This document shows, in pieces, positions 62,358 through 64,000 of a DNA stretch of 64,000 nucleotides (positions within the stretch are counted from its first letter, which is position 1; every line of letters begins with the position of its first letter). Location: positions 1,612,001-1,676,000 of the forward strand of contig NW_027138407.1 of the NCBI RefSeq assembly GCF_035084215.1, given 5' to 3'. The notes under the pieces are model-generated. The model saw nothing but the letters and a program-made list of their open reading frames with translations, made no database searches and was not told where the DNA came from. This DNA comes from Heptranchias perlo. Its lineage: Eukaryota. The position numbers were made by a program, and so were the translations under genes.

Positions 62358-64000
62358 GAGATAGGGGGATAGAGAGAGAGAGAGAGAGATAGGGGGATAG
62401 AGAGAGAGAGAGAGAGAGATAGGGGGATAGAGAGNNNNNNNNNNNNNNNNNNNNNNNNNNNNNNNNNNNNNNNNNNNNNNNNNNNNNNNNNNNNNNNNNN
62501 NNNNNNNNNNNNNNNNNNNNNNNNNNNNNNNNNNNNNNNNNNNNNNNNNNNNNNNNNNNNNNNNNNNNNNNNNNNNNNNNNNNNNNNNNNNNNNNNNNNN
62601 NNNNNNNNNNNNNNNNNNNNNNNNNNNNNNNNNNNNNNNNNNNNNNNNNNNNNNNNNNNNNNNNNNNNNNNGAGAGATAGGGGGATAGAGAGAGAGAGAG
62701 AGATAGGGGGATAGAGAGAGAGAGAGAGATAGGGGGATAGAGAGAGAGAGAGAGATAGGGGGATAGAGAGAGAGAGAGAGATAGGGGGATAGAGAGAGAG
62801 AGAGAGATAGGGGGATAGAGAGAGAGAGAGAGATAGGGGGATAGAGAGAGAGAGAGAGATAGGGGGATAGAGAGAGAGAGAGAGATAGGGGGATAGAGAG
62901 AGAGAGAGAGATAGGGGGATAGAGAGAGAGAGAGATAGGGGGATAGAGAGAGAGAGAGAGATAGGGGGATAGAGAGAGAGAGAGAGATAGGGGGATAGAG
63001 AGAGAGAGAGAGAGATAGGGGGATAGAGAGAGAGAGAGAGAGATAGGGGGATAGAGAGAGAGGAGAGAGATAGGGGGATAGAGAGAGAGAGAGAGATAGG
63101 GGGATAGAGAGAGAGAGAGAGATAGGGGGGATAGAGAGAGAGAGAGAGATAGGGGGATAGAGAGAGAGAGAGAGATAGGGGGATAGAGAGAGAGAGAGAG
63201 ATAGGGGGATAGAGAGAGAGAGAGAGATAGGGGGATAGAGAGAGAGAGAGAGATAGGGGGATAGAGAGAGAGAGAGAGATAGGGGGATAGAGAGAGAGAG
63301 AGAGATAGGGGGATAGAGAGAGAGAGAGAGATAGGGGGATAGAGAGAGAGAGAGAGATAGGGGGATAGAGAGAGAGAGAGAGATAGGGGGAATAGAGAGA
63401 GAGAGAGAGATAGGGGGATAGAGAGAGAGAGAGAGATAGGGGGATAGAGAGAGAGAGAGAGATAGGGGGATAGAGAGAGAGAGAGAGATAGGGGGATAGA
63501 GAGAGAGAGAGAGATAGGGGGATAGAGAGAGAGAGAGAGATAGGGGGATAGAGAGAGAGAGAGAGATAGGGGGATAGAGAGAGAGAGAGAGATAGGGGGA
63601 TAGAGAGAGAGAGAGAGATAGGGGGATAGAGAGAGAGAGAGAGATAGGGGGATAGAGAGAGAGAGAGAGATAGGGGGATAGAGAGAGAGAGAGAGATAGG
63701 GGGATAGAGAGAGAGAGAGAGATAGGGGGATAGAGAGAGAGAGAGAGATAGGGGGATAGAGAGAGAGAGAGAGATAGGGGGATAGAGAGAGAGAGAGAGA
63801 TAGGGGGATAGAGAGAGAGAGAGAGATAGGGGGATAGAGAGAGAGAGAGAGATAGGGGGATAGAGAGAGAGAGAGAGATAGGGGGATAGAGAGAGAGAGA
63901 GAGATAGGGGGGATAGAGAGAGAGAGAGAGATAGGGGGATAGAGAGAGAGAGAGAGATAGGGGGATAGAGAGAGAGAGAGAGATAGGGGGATAGAGAGAG
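62358..64000 (+). repeat. Purine-rich 22-26 bp repeat (GA)n-TAGGGGGATA with N gaps
   Basis: gagagagagagatagggggata in tandem to the end of the window. Confidence 0.95.

Noticed and set aside
58795-62364. 1189-aa and overlapping long ORFs (HLSITP/TCQSLP/PVNHS repeats)
   Set aside because: Translation of a stop-poor minisatellite with variable unit length; open in several frames, with no codon-level constraint

Overview
Repeat-rich vertebrate genomic DNA, probably from a cartilaginous fish (inferred only from the repeat content: abundant CR1-type LINE fragments and a DeuSINE-like element). Positions 1-44124 are a head-to-tail array of a ~14-kb segmental duplication (unit starts at 1, 14241, 28509, plus a partial, more diverged copy from 42281). 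Each full unit carries one intact 329-aa class A (delta-branch, P2Y/LPAR-like) orphan GPCR with DRY changed to DQY, a putative non-coding 5' exon, an intronic 3.1-kb EN-RT LINE, three minisatellites (49, 104 and 47 bp) and (GATA)n/(TCTA)n tracts. Positions 44-59 kb hold nested retroelements. These include a full-length copy of the same LINE family (52478-55706, minus) that starts with a tRNA-like RNA polymerase III A/B-box head and has no ORF1 and no in-frame AUG; the family also almost entirely avoids TTTT on its sense strand, so it may be a Pol III-driven SINE/LINE hybrid. The window ends with a ~2.9-kb minisatellite of the PBX/PREP-MEIS decamer TGATTGACAG abutting a CpG-rich promoter/first exon, followed by a purine-rich mirror repeat. 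All counts and alignments were made by eye.
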